This document shows, one piece after another, positions 50,023 through 62,869 of a stretch of DNA of 64,000 nt. Position numbers and translations under genes: made by a program. This DNA is from Paecilomyces variotii (Eukaryota), in the NCBI GenBank assembly GCA_004022145.1, contig RCNU01000005.1, one strand, 5' to 3'. Within the stretch, counting starts at the first letter, position 1. Each line of letters opens with the position of its first letter. The notes beneath the pieces are model-generated. The model was not told the DNA's origin. It did not search any database and worked only from the letters and a program-made list of their open reading frames with translations.

Positions 50023-52002
50023 ATGAGCTCACGGCAGCCCGAGTCTAACTGGGCTCGTGCTGCTCGCTATGCTGTCCCATTTGTCCTGTTGTCCATTCCC
50101 TTCTGGCTGGCGAAGATTAATGCCACCGTTCCGGAACCATATCTGGATGAGGTCTTCCATGTACGCCAGGCCCAGACATATTGGGCTCATAACTGGACAC
50201 AATGGGACCCAAAGATAACGACGCCTCCGGGTCTGTATCTTTGGTCATATGTTCTGTGTGCTGCTCTGCTTCTCCTTCGTGGCTCTCCTAAGGAGGTTGG
50301 CACAACCGAACTGCGCACAACCAATGTTGCAGCTATGGCCGTGATTTTGCCTTGGAGACTTCAGAAATTGCTGGATTTCTTGCGCAGGGAGCGGAACACA
50401 CGACCAGCTGGAGCATGGCTGAGCCATACAGTTTTGAACATCTGTCTCTTCCCACCGTTGTTTTTCTTCTCCGGTCTTTACTACACCGACATCCTAGCTC
50501 TTCTTGTTGTCATTGAGGCCTATAATTGGGATCTTAAACGTGACACTGAAGGCGGCATCTCGGGTCTGATTTTCCTTCTGGTCGGGCTGGTATCCCTGGT
50601 TTTTCGACAGACCAATATTTTCTGGGCTTCTCTCTTCCTGGGCGGATTGCAGGCAGTCCGGACCCTTCGTCGAGTCTGCAAACCTTGTCAATCTTCCAAC
50701 ATACTTGGAATCGTGAAGAGGAGCTCACAGAATGAGCTTTATGATCCTCTGGTTGGAGATGCTACTATTGTTGGTCAGTAGGGTTGTATGTATATGGTCT
50801 TCGGGTTTACATTAACGTGTTTCTAGACTTCTTCAAGACCACTGTATCCCTCGTTATTACCGTCCTAACTAACTTGCCACGTGTGGTACTATCTGTGATT
50901 CCACATCTGATTATCCTCGCTGCCTTTGGCGTCTTTGTGTGGTGGAATGGAAGCGTCGTTCTCGGTAAGTCTGGATAAAGATGCTGACCGACCTACATTC
51001 TTCAGATCAACTGATGTGTCTAAACCAGGCCACAAAGAATTCCATACAGCAAGTCTACATCTGCCGCAGATGCTTTACATATGGCCGTACTTTGTCTTTT
51101 TCTCCTGGCCTATCCTGCTACTTCCTATGCTCAACCTTGTTCTCCCCAAGTCCTACCTTCCAACTTTCTTGGACTACGGCTTTTCGCCCAGACAGAAAGG
51201 TCTGCCGTCTCTGTTGACAGTATTGGGAATTATCCCAATCATGCTTGCAGTCGTCCACTTCAACACCATTGTCCACCCATTCACACTCGCGGACAACCGC
51301 CACTACATTTTCTATGTCTTCCGCCTTCTACTACGCACCCATCCTGCCGTGAAGTATGCGGCCACGCTGGCGTACTTCGTTTGTGCATGGTCTGTACTAT
51401 CTGCCTTCGGTTTCTCGTCTCTTGTCTCCCCTCCCCGGCTGGCTCAAGTTCCGTCTTCATCAGCGCTGTCTGCCGAGCAGTCTGTTGCGAAGAAGACCGA
51501 GAAAGAGGAGAAGCCCCAAAAACAAGAAAAGAAGGAAACAAAGAAGAAGGGAAAGGCGTCTCGCAAAGGCGTCTCGTTCAAGGAACCACCTTCGCAACCG
51601 CAGCAGGAGCCAATCTCACCAGAGACTCTCGCCAAAGTCCGAGCTCACATGGTTCAGCGCCAACAACCACAATATCCGATTCGCGTCAGCTTTATCATTA
51701 TCTGGCTTGCCTCCACGGCGCTTTCACTAGTGACTGCACCTCTCGTTGAGCCGCGTTATTTCATTGTTCCTTGGGTGATGTGGAGGATACACGTTCCTCC
51801 GCAGCCGATGCCAGTATTGTACCGCCAACAGCGAACTACCAATGAGAAAGAATTGTTCGTGGCGAAGCTCGTCACAAACCTGCCGCTAATTTTGGAGACG
51901 GTCTGGTTTGTTGCGATCAATGTTGTTACTGGCTACATGTTCCTTAATAAGGGCTTTGAGTGGCCGCAGGAACCGGGCAAGATACAAAGGTTTATGTGGT
52001 AG
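50023..52002 (+). CDS. alg10: Dol-P-Glc alpha-1,2-glucosyltransferase ALG10/DIE2
   Basis: VPEPYLDEVFHVRQAQ, WDPKITTPPGLY, FFFSGLYYTD, RQTNIFW, HPFTLADNRHY, PLVEPRYF, C-terminal QRFMW. Two introns. Confidence 0.95.
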
Positions 52003-52396
52003 ATGCCTCCCGACATCTCCGAGACCATCATCATAATCTTCAGCCATGTATTACTCTCCAAGAGATAAAACAAGCTGTAGCAGTAGCTGCTACAATAGCT
52101 ACCTGACTTCCTGTATAATAGTCCGTTGCTTGCCGTTGTGGTGTACCTATAGACTTCATAATATAGCAAATATTCTGTATTCATTGATGTAGTATGCGAT
52201 GTGAGAATCACATGCCTGCATTTCAGATAGACTATGTATACTGATTTGAGAATGGTGCTGTGTATATTGCTATCTTATTATCTTTACTCTTGGTTGTTAT
52301 GAAAATTAAATTAGATATGGAGTGTGGATGCTAATGTTCTGATAGTAGAGTGACTTGTAGTTTATCCCTTTAGGGCAGTCCATCCTCACCTGACAT

Positions 52397-52408
52397 CGCG
52401 TCACGCGT
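52397..52408. promoter_or_regulatory. Paired MCB-like elements upstream of ORC4
   Basis: CGCGTCACGCGT about 500 nt upstream of the ORC4 ATG. MBF control of replication genes is established in fungi. Confidence 0.5.
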
Positions 52409-52904
52409 TCCGCTAATTAAACTGCTTTTACCTCCGACGGAGCAAGCAGAGAACGCAAACTGCGATGGGCCGCAGAGCTCAATTGAGCCACAACTTATAA
52501 CTTTTGTTGGTTAGGATCTCCCGAGCAAAAAAAAAAAAATCTCATACTAATTTTTTGTTGAAAATACACTAGGTGATCTTCAGCCTTGCGCGACCCACCA
52601 GAGCAACCACTTTCCCGCCCACGGTCCCGTCCGCTTCGCGCGTCGAGTGCTATCTAGGAGCTACGGTTGCGCATTGCGAAATCCAGGACCAATTGCGAAT
52701 ACCACTTGATAGTTGTCGAGCACAGAAGAAACCCTTTCTCTTGCCATTTCTTCGATCATTATATCACACATATCACGAACCCTTAACGCTACGGACGAAC
52801 CTGTTTTCACTTGTTGCACATCCTTGCGACTTGACATTTTACGTCTACCTTCATACTCGAATGTCCTTATACGAAGCATAAATTTAAATATATCCGCTAG
52901 GGCG

Positions 52905-55201
52905 ATGGCTGCCGGCAAGAAAAGAAAGCTCTCCGACGTTAGAGCCAGGGATCAAGAGGGAGACGAGACGATGCACGACGTGGAGAACGCAGAGGCACCA
53001 GCAGCCACGTCCCCTTCCCCGAAGGGCTCAGGCAGGCGAAAGAGAGAGGATGTGTCTACGATGGATGTCGATGGAGTAGACGAGGATAATCAGGAATCCG
53101 TGACTCCAACAAGGTCAACTCGTCGACGATCTGCAGGGAGGCGAAAAGTTGTTCAACAAAACGAGGAGCAAACGGACGATGATAATGAAGAAGCAACGCC
53201 ACCGAAGAGCAATACTCGTTCGAGCGGCCGACAGAGAAAACCTCCGAAGAGGTACGAGGATTCCGTTGTCGAAAGAAGGACTCCGCGATCGTCGAGGAAG
53301 AGTGCGGGCACACCTTCTCAAGAGGGTAGGGTGACGAGAAGCGCGAGACGGAACGCTGAGACACCTGTAGCGGAGGGTGCGAACGGAGATGAATCACCTG
53401 CGCCGGCAACCAATTTGACGAGGAGAAAGTCGACGAGAGCCTCTGTGAGATTCAGTACGACAGAGACGGAAAGTACAAGAAAACATGACGACGAGGAACA
53501 ATCAGAGAGTGACGAGCGCATGCAAGCGGACTCTGACATTGATGAATTCGGGGATGATTTGGTCGCATATCAGTTGCAGCAAGACCTTGTTCCGAACAAT
53601 GTCGATGGGCATGAAGAAACTACCGTGACTGTGGAGCAACTCCCTGATTACGTTGAAAGGTTCAAAATTCTTTGCCAGGACGGTCTCCAGGAAGAGTTGA
53701 GACTGCTGAGCAAGCTTGTCTTGGAGAAGCTTACTGGCAAACGTCCTGTTCCGCTTAAGGGACTGGAAAATGAATACCAAAAGACCCATCAACTGATAGA
53801 GCACACTGTTTCTGCCGGAGAAGGAAACTCGATGTTGCTCCTTGGGTCACGAGGCTCCGGAAAGACTGCGATGATCGAGACTATAATCTCATCATTGAGG
53901 AAGAAACACAAGGAGGATTTCCATGTAGTCCGCTTGAACGGATTCTTACACACTGATGATCGACTAGCTTTACGCGAGATCTGGCGGCAACTGGGACGGG
54001 AAACGAATACAGAGGACGAGGCAGCCAAGGTTAACAGTTATGCCGATACGATGGCTACGTTATTGGCGCTTCTATCACATCCCGAAGAACTTTTTGGCCC
54101 TTCTGAGAATGGCGAAGCTATCGCCACGGCCAAGTCAGTTGTCATTATCTTGGATGAATTCGACCTCTTCGTGTCTCATCCCCGGCAGACTCTGCTATAT
54201 AACCTTTTTGATATCGCGCAGGCGCGAAAAGCACCACTTGCAGTCATCGGTATTACAACAAAGGTAGACGTTGCAGAAATGCTTGAAAAACGAGTCAAGA
54301 GTCGATTCAGCCACCGATACGTGTTCCTTCCTTTGCCTCGGACATTCGAGATGTTCTCGGATGTTTGTTATGCTGGACTGGGGCTAGAGGATGATGAGAT
54401 TGCAGCAGAAACAGGGGCGTCGGGTGGTGAAGCAGGTGACACGATGGAGACTTCTCTCTTGAAATCCACTGGCATGAGAAAGTTGCTTGGTGGCTGGAGG
54501 GAATATCTGATGGTATGTCATACAATCCGTAGCGCGTATTCGCATACTTACCATTTGTATAGAGCCTATGGGAAGACAAAGGGTTCCAGCACCATCTACA
54601 GACTATATACTACCAAACGAAGTCCCCCAAGGAATTCTTTACTAGCGCACTAGTGCCTCTGTCGGCGATGCATCACAGCACCTACCAAGAGTCTAAGGAT
54701 GAAGACATCAGCCTAGAGATTCCAACTCCAAAGTCATTTACGTCGCATACTTTGTCATGCCCCGACCCAGCGCCTCCTCTTCCATTCCCACCATCCTCAA
54801 CAATTTCTGCGAGCACGACTCCTCTCCCTCTTTCACTCTTGCTGGCTGCTACTCGCTTAACAGCGCTCCACGATCCTGGTTCAGATGCTGCGCACCCACA
54901 GCTTCTCGCACCGCTTGCTATATCGTTCCCCGCCGCGTATGCTGAATATGTCCGGCTTCTTACATCAGCCAAGGCATCTGCTTCGGCATCTGGAGCGACT
55001 GCCACCCCCGGTCGTGTCTGGGGACGAGATATCGCACGAGAAGCATGGGAAAAGCTGGCTGAATGGGGCATAATCGTCCCGATAGGTGGCGGTGCTAATA
55101 CGGCAGATGGCCGGATGTTCAGAATTGAAGTTAGCTTTGAGGAGGTCGTGGATATGGTGGGCGGCGGGGGTGCCTTGGGAAGATGGTGGCGTGACGGTTG
55201 A
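52905..55201 (+). CDS. orc4: Origin recognition complex subunit 4
   Basis: Disordered basic N-terminus, GEGNSMLLLGSRGSGKT, RLNGFLHTDD, IILDEFDLF, QTLLYNLFD, LEKRVKSRFSHR. Intron 54513-54562 restores frame. Confidence 0.94.
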
Positions 55202-56400
55202 TGATGTTCTTTCATGCATATCCACTGCCCGTTTTCTCTTATAGAGATAAATCTGCTTATCAGGCCCGGGCAGATGGCCTATCAAAGATTAGCCCATATA
55301 CCATGTCATGTCGTTTATATGTATTTTGAAATGGAATAGAAAAACGTCCTGTCGAATAGAATAACGCCAGGATTAATATTCCAGAAATTACTGCCTTGCG
55401 ATTAAATATCTTCGTATTATTCTCGATTATACAAGTCATATTCCAGCGTTATACCTGGGCGCGGTCAAAGTCCTGACAACCACTTTGTGGAGATTAACAT
55501 CTATCAAACACCATACTATATATTGTCTTGAGATAAGCCGCTCCCCTAGCTACCGTGACTATAAGGGTCGCATTCCAGACCGGTGTAAAAGCTACTCCAG
55601 GCCTCGAATTATAGTTGGAAAGGCGGGATTATATATATTGTCGTTGTTTGCATATACTCTATCTACACATAATGTCTTCATACCTACGAACAGATAATAT
55701 TATATGTGATTAAAGTAATCAGTACGAATGTCACTGCTATTCCTTCTTATATCTTAAGTATACAAGCATGTACAGTACAGTATCAGATTATAGCTATTGT
55801 ATTTGTTTTCAATTCAATTGTAGCATAGTAATAATTGTAATAGATACGGTTTCACATAAACCTGCTGATGGGCTGTATTATCGCCTCTTGAAAATTACTG
55901 TACTTCTAACAGGAGATTCGAAGACGCGGAGTATCAAATGATATAAAGAAAAAGAAAAGGCAAGAGGTTGGTTATCTCAGGCACCGACACATGTGTATAT
56001 ATATACTAATTGATTCAATTCTCGTCAAATTGCATTAGATGTTTGTTTTCATTTCCTTGCCCTCAATCGAAATCCAGCAGAACATATCCCATCTCGAAAC
56101 CGAAAACGCAACGCAATGCCTAAAAAAGCCAAATCAATAAGAAACCCCCAGTCTTTTCAGTCATATCAATAGCAATGAATGACACTATAGGATTATCTTG
56201 GATAGCGTTCCCTTCCCCTTTTCACCTACTCTATACACATGCTGTATTACAACCGAGTAAAGAACCTGGTGTGGATCGGTGCATGAATCTAGTTTAAAGA
56301 CAAGAGAGCGAAAGGAAGCTGAGACGATGTCTGGCCCGTTTCCGAGTCCCGCTGTCTAAGTTTAATGCGAGGTCATAAGGATCAGTCAGTCCCTTTCTTC

Positions 56401-56424
56401 GCAGGCAGGCAGGCAGGCAGGCAG
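56401..56424. repeat. (GCAG)6 microsatellite
   Basis: gcaggcaggcaggcaggcaggcag. Confidence 0.9.
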
Positions 56425-58418
56425 AAGGATGCGATCATGAACTAATCTAGCTAACTTCCCTGTCTGGTCCTCCGTCTTCTAAAGCAGAAAAGAAAAGACG
56501 GTGGCTGGTCGAGTAAATGGACACATCGAAGATCAAATAATATTGGCGATCAATTTGCTGTTATCTCAAGGGGTGAGTGAGTAACTATCTATCTATCTAG
56601 TTCTAATATAAATGAGTTCTCCCTCCTGGGATTTACGCAAAGATGGATACGTATATCTTGGCAGGATGTTGAATGAAAAGACGAAATTAAATTGTGGAGT
56701 TCTGCAGTATATTAATTATTGCCTACCTGGATACCCACATGAAAAAAAAGAAGAAGAAAAAGTAAAGGAAAGAGGCGGGGAAGCCAGGTAGGTGGATGTA
56801 TACACGCAACTCCCGCAAGGGGAGAGAAGAAGATGTAAAAAAAGAGAACCCCGATTCCGAAACTCAAGGATCCTATAGTTAGGTAGGTACAGTAACTTAT
56901 TCTACACAATATACTTACAGAAGGGACCAAGGTTAAATTAATTTTCAAAAAAATCAATTTTAACCCTTGGTTCCTGATTCTTCAAAGGAGGGGGAGAAAG
57001 AATCGCGTTTGTTCGGGAATTATTATCCTTTAATTAATATATCCCGCCACGTTGGCTCCTTTCTTCGTTGTTGTCCCTTGCATAAGTATGGATGGATATA
57101 TATCTGCAGGGGTGGTGTTGATCGCGGCTTGATTTCTTTAATAATTCCCCGCCCGACCTGCCTTGTTTGAATTTGTTATGCTATTCCAAAGAAGCGGGCA
57201 GAGGGCTGATAGGGATGAATACAGATATGTTTTACGGGGTATAGTACCTATTATTGGAGGGCACTTTGTTGTCTGTATGTATGTATGGTACGTGCAACGT
57301 GGGGTTGGGGGAGTAAACGTGTTGGCTTTTTACTCCTTGGGATAAAATGGATGGGAGTTTCATTGGGTGATGATTGTCCATTAGAAACAGGGTATCCTTC
57401 GATGCTAAGAGTAAAATAATAATAATATGTTACGATAGGACAAGGACCAGGATTCGGTTATGGTAACATCGTGGATTCAGGAGCCGACACGTGATTGGGG
57501 TTTCAATCGGACTGAGTAAGATAGTTTTTCTTGCTCTTAAGATGAGTCTTACTATTATTTCTATGTTTTCGCATTGGTTTTGTTTTAAGAAGAAGATGAA
57601 AAAGAGAACGAGAGCTGAGCTGACCTTGCCAAGATCATGTATCGTGGAACCGATGTCTGTTGGTCCATGGGTCTGGCCGTCGGGATGATGGAATATGAAC
57701 CCGGAAATAGATACGGGATGCTACCCTGGTCCGTGGAACTGGTCCAGGGGAAGCACAAAAGAGGAAGAAGAGAGAAGAGACGATCTGTTTTGGATTGAGT
57801 ATTTACAGACTTTTCCTTTCCATCTCCAGTTCCATTGGCGAGAATCCTGTAGTGTCTTGGCCTTGATGGCGATTTAGGTAATAGTGTCTCAATGTGCGTT
57901 TTCGGGAAATCATGCTGCGGCTGTAGCCGCGATTGTTTTAGAAAGTTTCTTAGATTTCTTTTGGCCTCCGTGGTTGAGCTGCTTAAAATAACTCCGTACT
58001 CGAGGCCGACGGGGAGGAAAAACAGATTAAGTATTTTTCGTCTCTTTCTTGGTTCTACAACATTTCGCGTCTGAAGACTAGTCAGACGGCCGGTAAGCGA
58101 CGTGACCCCATCGGTTACATCGCGGCCAGCCATCGTGAGATCTTTGGAGGATGGTCATTGCACCGATTGTCGGTAGTTGCATGACAATAATGACAACCAG
58201 GCCAGCAGCTTCCGGCTTAGTTCCTGTACAACAAATTCGGCGCCTCTGCTTCGTGGAGGATACCGTCGTTTGACCCAAACGAGGGCTCCAGGTTGCTAAA
58301 GTCCCATGGACAGCAGTAACGTGGATTCCATTGGGCATGTCTCGCGTGGCACGAGCTGGGGCTGAAGATGGCACCAGGCTGCGATGTACTAAATGATTAT
58401 GGTGGATACATATACTTG

Positions 58419-58443
58419 ATACGGAGTACGGAGTACTCCGTAT
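58419..58443. repeat. TACGGAGTA-based repeat containing a perfect 16-bp palindrome
   Basis: ATACGGAGTACGGAGTACTCCGTAT; TACGGAGTACTCCGTA at 58427-58442 is self-complementary. Confidence 0.85.
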
Positions 58444-61400
58444 AGGATCGGAAATCTAGAAGCGAGGGCCAAGCTCTCCATCACGCACAATCAAGCATCT
58501 GGGCGTGCCGGATCTCTGGAATACGGATGTGGCTTGCGAGCCGCCTGTGTAATCCAGCCCTCTGGATACATGGCTGTGTCTTGGAGATCTTGAACTGATG
58601 ATAGTTAGTTAGTTAGAACGTGCGATAAGCTGACTTAACGTTGAACACGCGCGTAGAGGAAGAAATGGAAGCTGCATAGAATACTGACGCCCGCGGAACG
58701 AAAAAAAAAAGTATATGACACAAGAAATGCTTCAAGCGGGGCACCACCCAGTTTTGTACGACTGCCCCATGGAACGGTGAGCTCGCTTCATGAACGTTAG
58801 CCAGATCCGTTAATAGATGGAATAAGTAGTGCCAGATGGTTGAACTGAAGGCTTGAAGCTTCGAAGCAGCCGGTGCAGACGCCAAGACTCTCAGCGCCTT
58901 TTTGATTGTAGTGCGAGACTCCGGTGACCCCGAACGAGGCTCTAGATTATCCTAGAGCGACAGATTTATTGTTTTCCCTCGTCTATTTGATATTATGTAG
59001 AGAATTCCGGGTATTAATTTCTTCAACTATGGTACGGAAGATCTTTAGCGTTCCGAGCTCAGGAAGTCGTTCCACGCTGACTTCTGGTTGACTGGAAGGT
59101 GGACCATAGATTCTTGTATGTACGGTCGGATTTGGATGTTTCTCAAGACCGTGGTCAGTGAATAGAGTGTCAATAATGCAATTGTTTCCTCGAGCAGTGT
59201 CATCGTTCATTGCTGGAAGCGAGACGGCAGTCTCTGGAGGTCCCGTTTCGGTTCCTGGCAAGATAAGTCCCGCCCGAGGACAGACATGCGATCTGCGTTG
59301 AACACAGAGCAAGTAGGACTTCATTAATCGAGGAGAAAATTGGCGAGACAATCTTGCTAAATCGCTAGAACGAGTGTTGAAGATGCAGCCGACATGATCC
59401 GGAAGGTACGGCTGTTGGTCAGCATCTCATGTCCGGGTCCAGACCGAAATTATACTTGACATCTTCCAAGTTTGTCCACGAACTTTAGAGCGATGCGCCC
59501 CGTGGTTGTCTTTCGACACTGCCGCCGCTATGCTCTCTGTGGTAATTGTTCCTAGGAGGATAACCCTAATCTGTCCAGTGGTATCTTGTATTATTATTAT
59601 TATTGCCTCTCAACAAGGAACATAATAATAATAATTAATGCTCGACAAGGAGTGATCGCGACCCTCAGGCAACCATCAGGCAGCGATCAGGCCACTCCGC
59701 CACCGCCCGCCCTTTTGCCCTTAGCGGCTTGGCAGAACGGAGGCCTCCCACTCGGGCTGTCCGCCCCTAGGCTGCCATTCGGACGGAGACTACTAGATCC
59801 AACACCTCGCTGGAGTCTGAACGTACCATAGAGGAAGAACGGTGGTGCAGCTGTACAGACATTATTATTCGGAGAGTCTGCGGGGAAGGTGCCAGACGTT
59901 GGGCGAAAAGGTAAATTGTGGAAGATCTACTCCCCCTACAGGGTCCTTCGTGGTGTTGACAACAGGCTAGGAAGACAACAAGAAACGCCTCCTGGCCAAG
60001 AAGACCCAATGATGGCAGAATCCGGTTCGTATCATGCTGATAGAGGATCCTGATGTTTCCTCCCTAGCGTGGCCAGCTCACTTGCATCAGAACGCCGCCG
60101 GGGCCAACCACCGATGCCCTTGAGCCGCACTAGTCGGACGCTATCACAGCCGGTCTCGAGTGTCACCATGATAAGCTGGACAGCGAAGATAAGCTGGCGG
60201 GTCGAGACAGTGCACACAGGAACCCAGTCCGTCCGCAGCCCTATTTCGCCGTGACCGTATTGTGGTAATTTTGGATGGAACCATCTGACTTACGGTGTAC
60301 CATAGCTGGCACCAACGATCGCAGGTAAAGGTCATCAAGAGAACTTCTAGCGTGATGGATGATTTTACAATGAACACAGGTAGACTTGGACAGCAGGATC
60401 AAGTGTGCACTCTGTCGTCTGGCTCGAGAACGGTGGGGACAATGAAAGGGTTCCTAGTACGACCATCTGTGCCACCTCGGTTGCAGACCCGGTAGATCAT
60501 CTACTATGAAGGTTCACATCAAATATATCCTATCCACCCACTGTCCGTGTCTTTACCACCGATGGAATGAACAGTGATCATGGATCCCCCGTCTGCGCAT
60601 TAGTTACCCAGCGTGAAACAAGATAGCCATCTAGCAAGACTCGAGAATCAGGCCTGTGTCTTGTCAACGCGGCCACCTGCTCCGTGACCGAAGATCGACC
60701 AGCGGTGTGGACCTTAAATTGCGATAGATAGACGGTGTAGGAAACACAGATGACAGAACTGACTACGGAATAATATCCCAGGCGCAATGTCCACAGCATG
60801 GACACAAGAGACGATCTCGAGGTCTGGCGGGATCCCCTTTAAAAGATCAACGGATAACGCAGGACGGAGGACCGGGCGCTGATAGTTATCGTGCGCAGCG
60901 ATGCGAAACAACCACAATCCTTTGGATCAGCGTCGTGATCATCCAGTCTGCCCGCACGGCTTGTTTGCTGCCCCCGGCAAGGTCATGCCGCAAGGAGGTG
61001 GTCGATAAGCGGCAGCTTCCCGCGATCTGATCGTAGCAACTACTCCGGCCAGAGGGAAAAATCCAGTCTCTGACACGATTAACGATAATTAACATATGTC
61101 AGGGCGGACGGAACGGACTGCGGTGCTCTTTCCGAGGGCGCGTAAATGGCCATTGTTCCATTAAGGGAAGAAAGGATGGCTTTATAGACCATCCCTCGCT
61201 ATCCGAGGGCGGCTTCCAGTCTCGGCGTTCAGGGCCGATCTGATTGGGCGGATAAGCTATGTATCACACTCCCTTCAAGGTCCAGACTAACTAGCGACTT
61301 TAATCCTATCCAGCAGAGTTTTCCTCCAACGCGCGAATCGGACTCTGGTGCCTGGCCCTGGCGGTGCGGTACCTGACCCGCTCAATACAAACAATAACCA

Positions 61401-62869
61401 GCTGGAGAGGAGCTGATGATACGTGAGGGACCGTTGAATCATGAATGTCTTCTCGCCCTTCCACGGAGAACGAACCCCCAGGGATGGGGCGACGCCATCG
61501 ATTCACCTCCCGGCTCCGCTGCTACATTGGCAAACGGTGGAAGGCTGGGGACTTTTTTTTGCGTGCCCTTTTTCCTTCGCCTTCAGCCGGGCCCCTCAGG
61601 CGAGTCCTAAGGACGCAGGTTTTACTCCACTCTGGTTCCAGAATCTAAACCAGGTAAACGAACTTATGCGAGGATACCGTATTCGAGGATCAGGACGATC
61701 GCGCATGGGACTCCGACTGACTCTTGGACGCAGAATACCACAATTAGTCGGTTCTGTCCAATAATAATAAGTTACTAATCAATTCTGTGTACTCAGGATT
61801 ACCGCTGAACTCGGTCCAGTGCTGTCTAAGTAGTAGAGAGGTAGTTGTGATCTATGGAAGCGGACGAGATATGCTACGAACTAAGTCTTAAGTCTAGACA
61901 TTCGTTTGTTGATATTGAAAGAGATGAATTCGCTGATTCATGCATAGCGTCTGACGGCCATTTCTTCTAGGCATCTTTCTCTCTCTTTTTTCTTCCAAAA
62001 CAATTGGTTCCTTTCTATGGTTGGAGCTTTTCTTGCTGTTCCGCTTTCTTGGTATTTCCATTGGTCTCTTTCTCCTTCGCCTAACGAACTTTCCGAGAGG
62101 TCGTCTTATCCCACATCCAAGCGGACCAAGCCACTGCACGGCGCACCACTAACCTCAGATCGAGACAGGGCTCCAATGTCACTTTTTCCTGCTAACTCTT
62201 CTGTTTTTGCCCTCTTCCAAGCTTACTAGCGGCATGTAAGATCCGTGTATTCCCTTGACAGCCTTACCCACCATGCTGTAAATAGACCTAGGCTAACTGT
62301 CCTCGCTTTGGTCTACCCCCCCAGCTTCTGGTTCAAGGGTCGAAAACACGGCCTTGGGCCCCCCTTTTGGTCATGGCTGACCCTGTGAAAGGGGCGCTGC
62401 GGCGTCCTGGAGCTGTCGTTGACCTTACCGGACTGGGATGAATTGCGGCCAGCCTTTAGTCGAGTACTAAGGCCTGGCAAAAGAAGTTCAGATGCGCCTT
62501 TCGTTTCTCTGATTCTTCTACAACAAAGCTGCTCTGGTACCCTGTCCGCTGGTCGCTGCCCTCAGGACCATTTCCTCTCCGGACTTGAAAGGGATCCTCT
62601 TTTCCCTTCACGCTCGTTGCGATTCGCTTTCGCCTTCGTTTTTGTTTCTTTTCTCACGGGCCTTTTTGCGGACCCCGTATCTCTCGTTATCGGCAACTTT
62701 CCGGCGTATCTGGGGTTAAAACGGTCAGTCGCGGCCACAGCAGTTATTAATTTCTAATAGCCGTTCTGGAATACAACGAAATCCTGTCTTTCTTTCTTCG
62801 AGTGCCATCAAGACTCTTCCGCGACACATGTTGGGTTTGTAGAAGAACCAGCTCAAGTGGTCGTATACG

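Noticed and set aside
57585-59351. Minus-strand ORFs of 90-182 aa in the long intergenic region
   Set aside because: No motifs, composition not protein-like, several with non-ATG starts, and no consistent splice structure.
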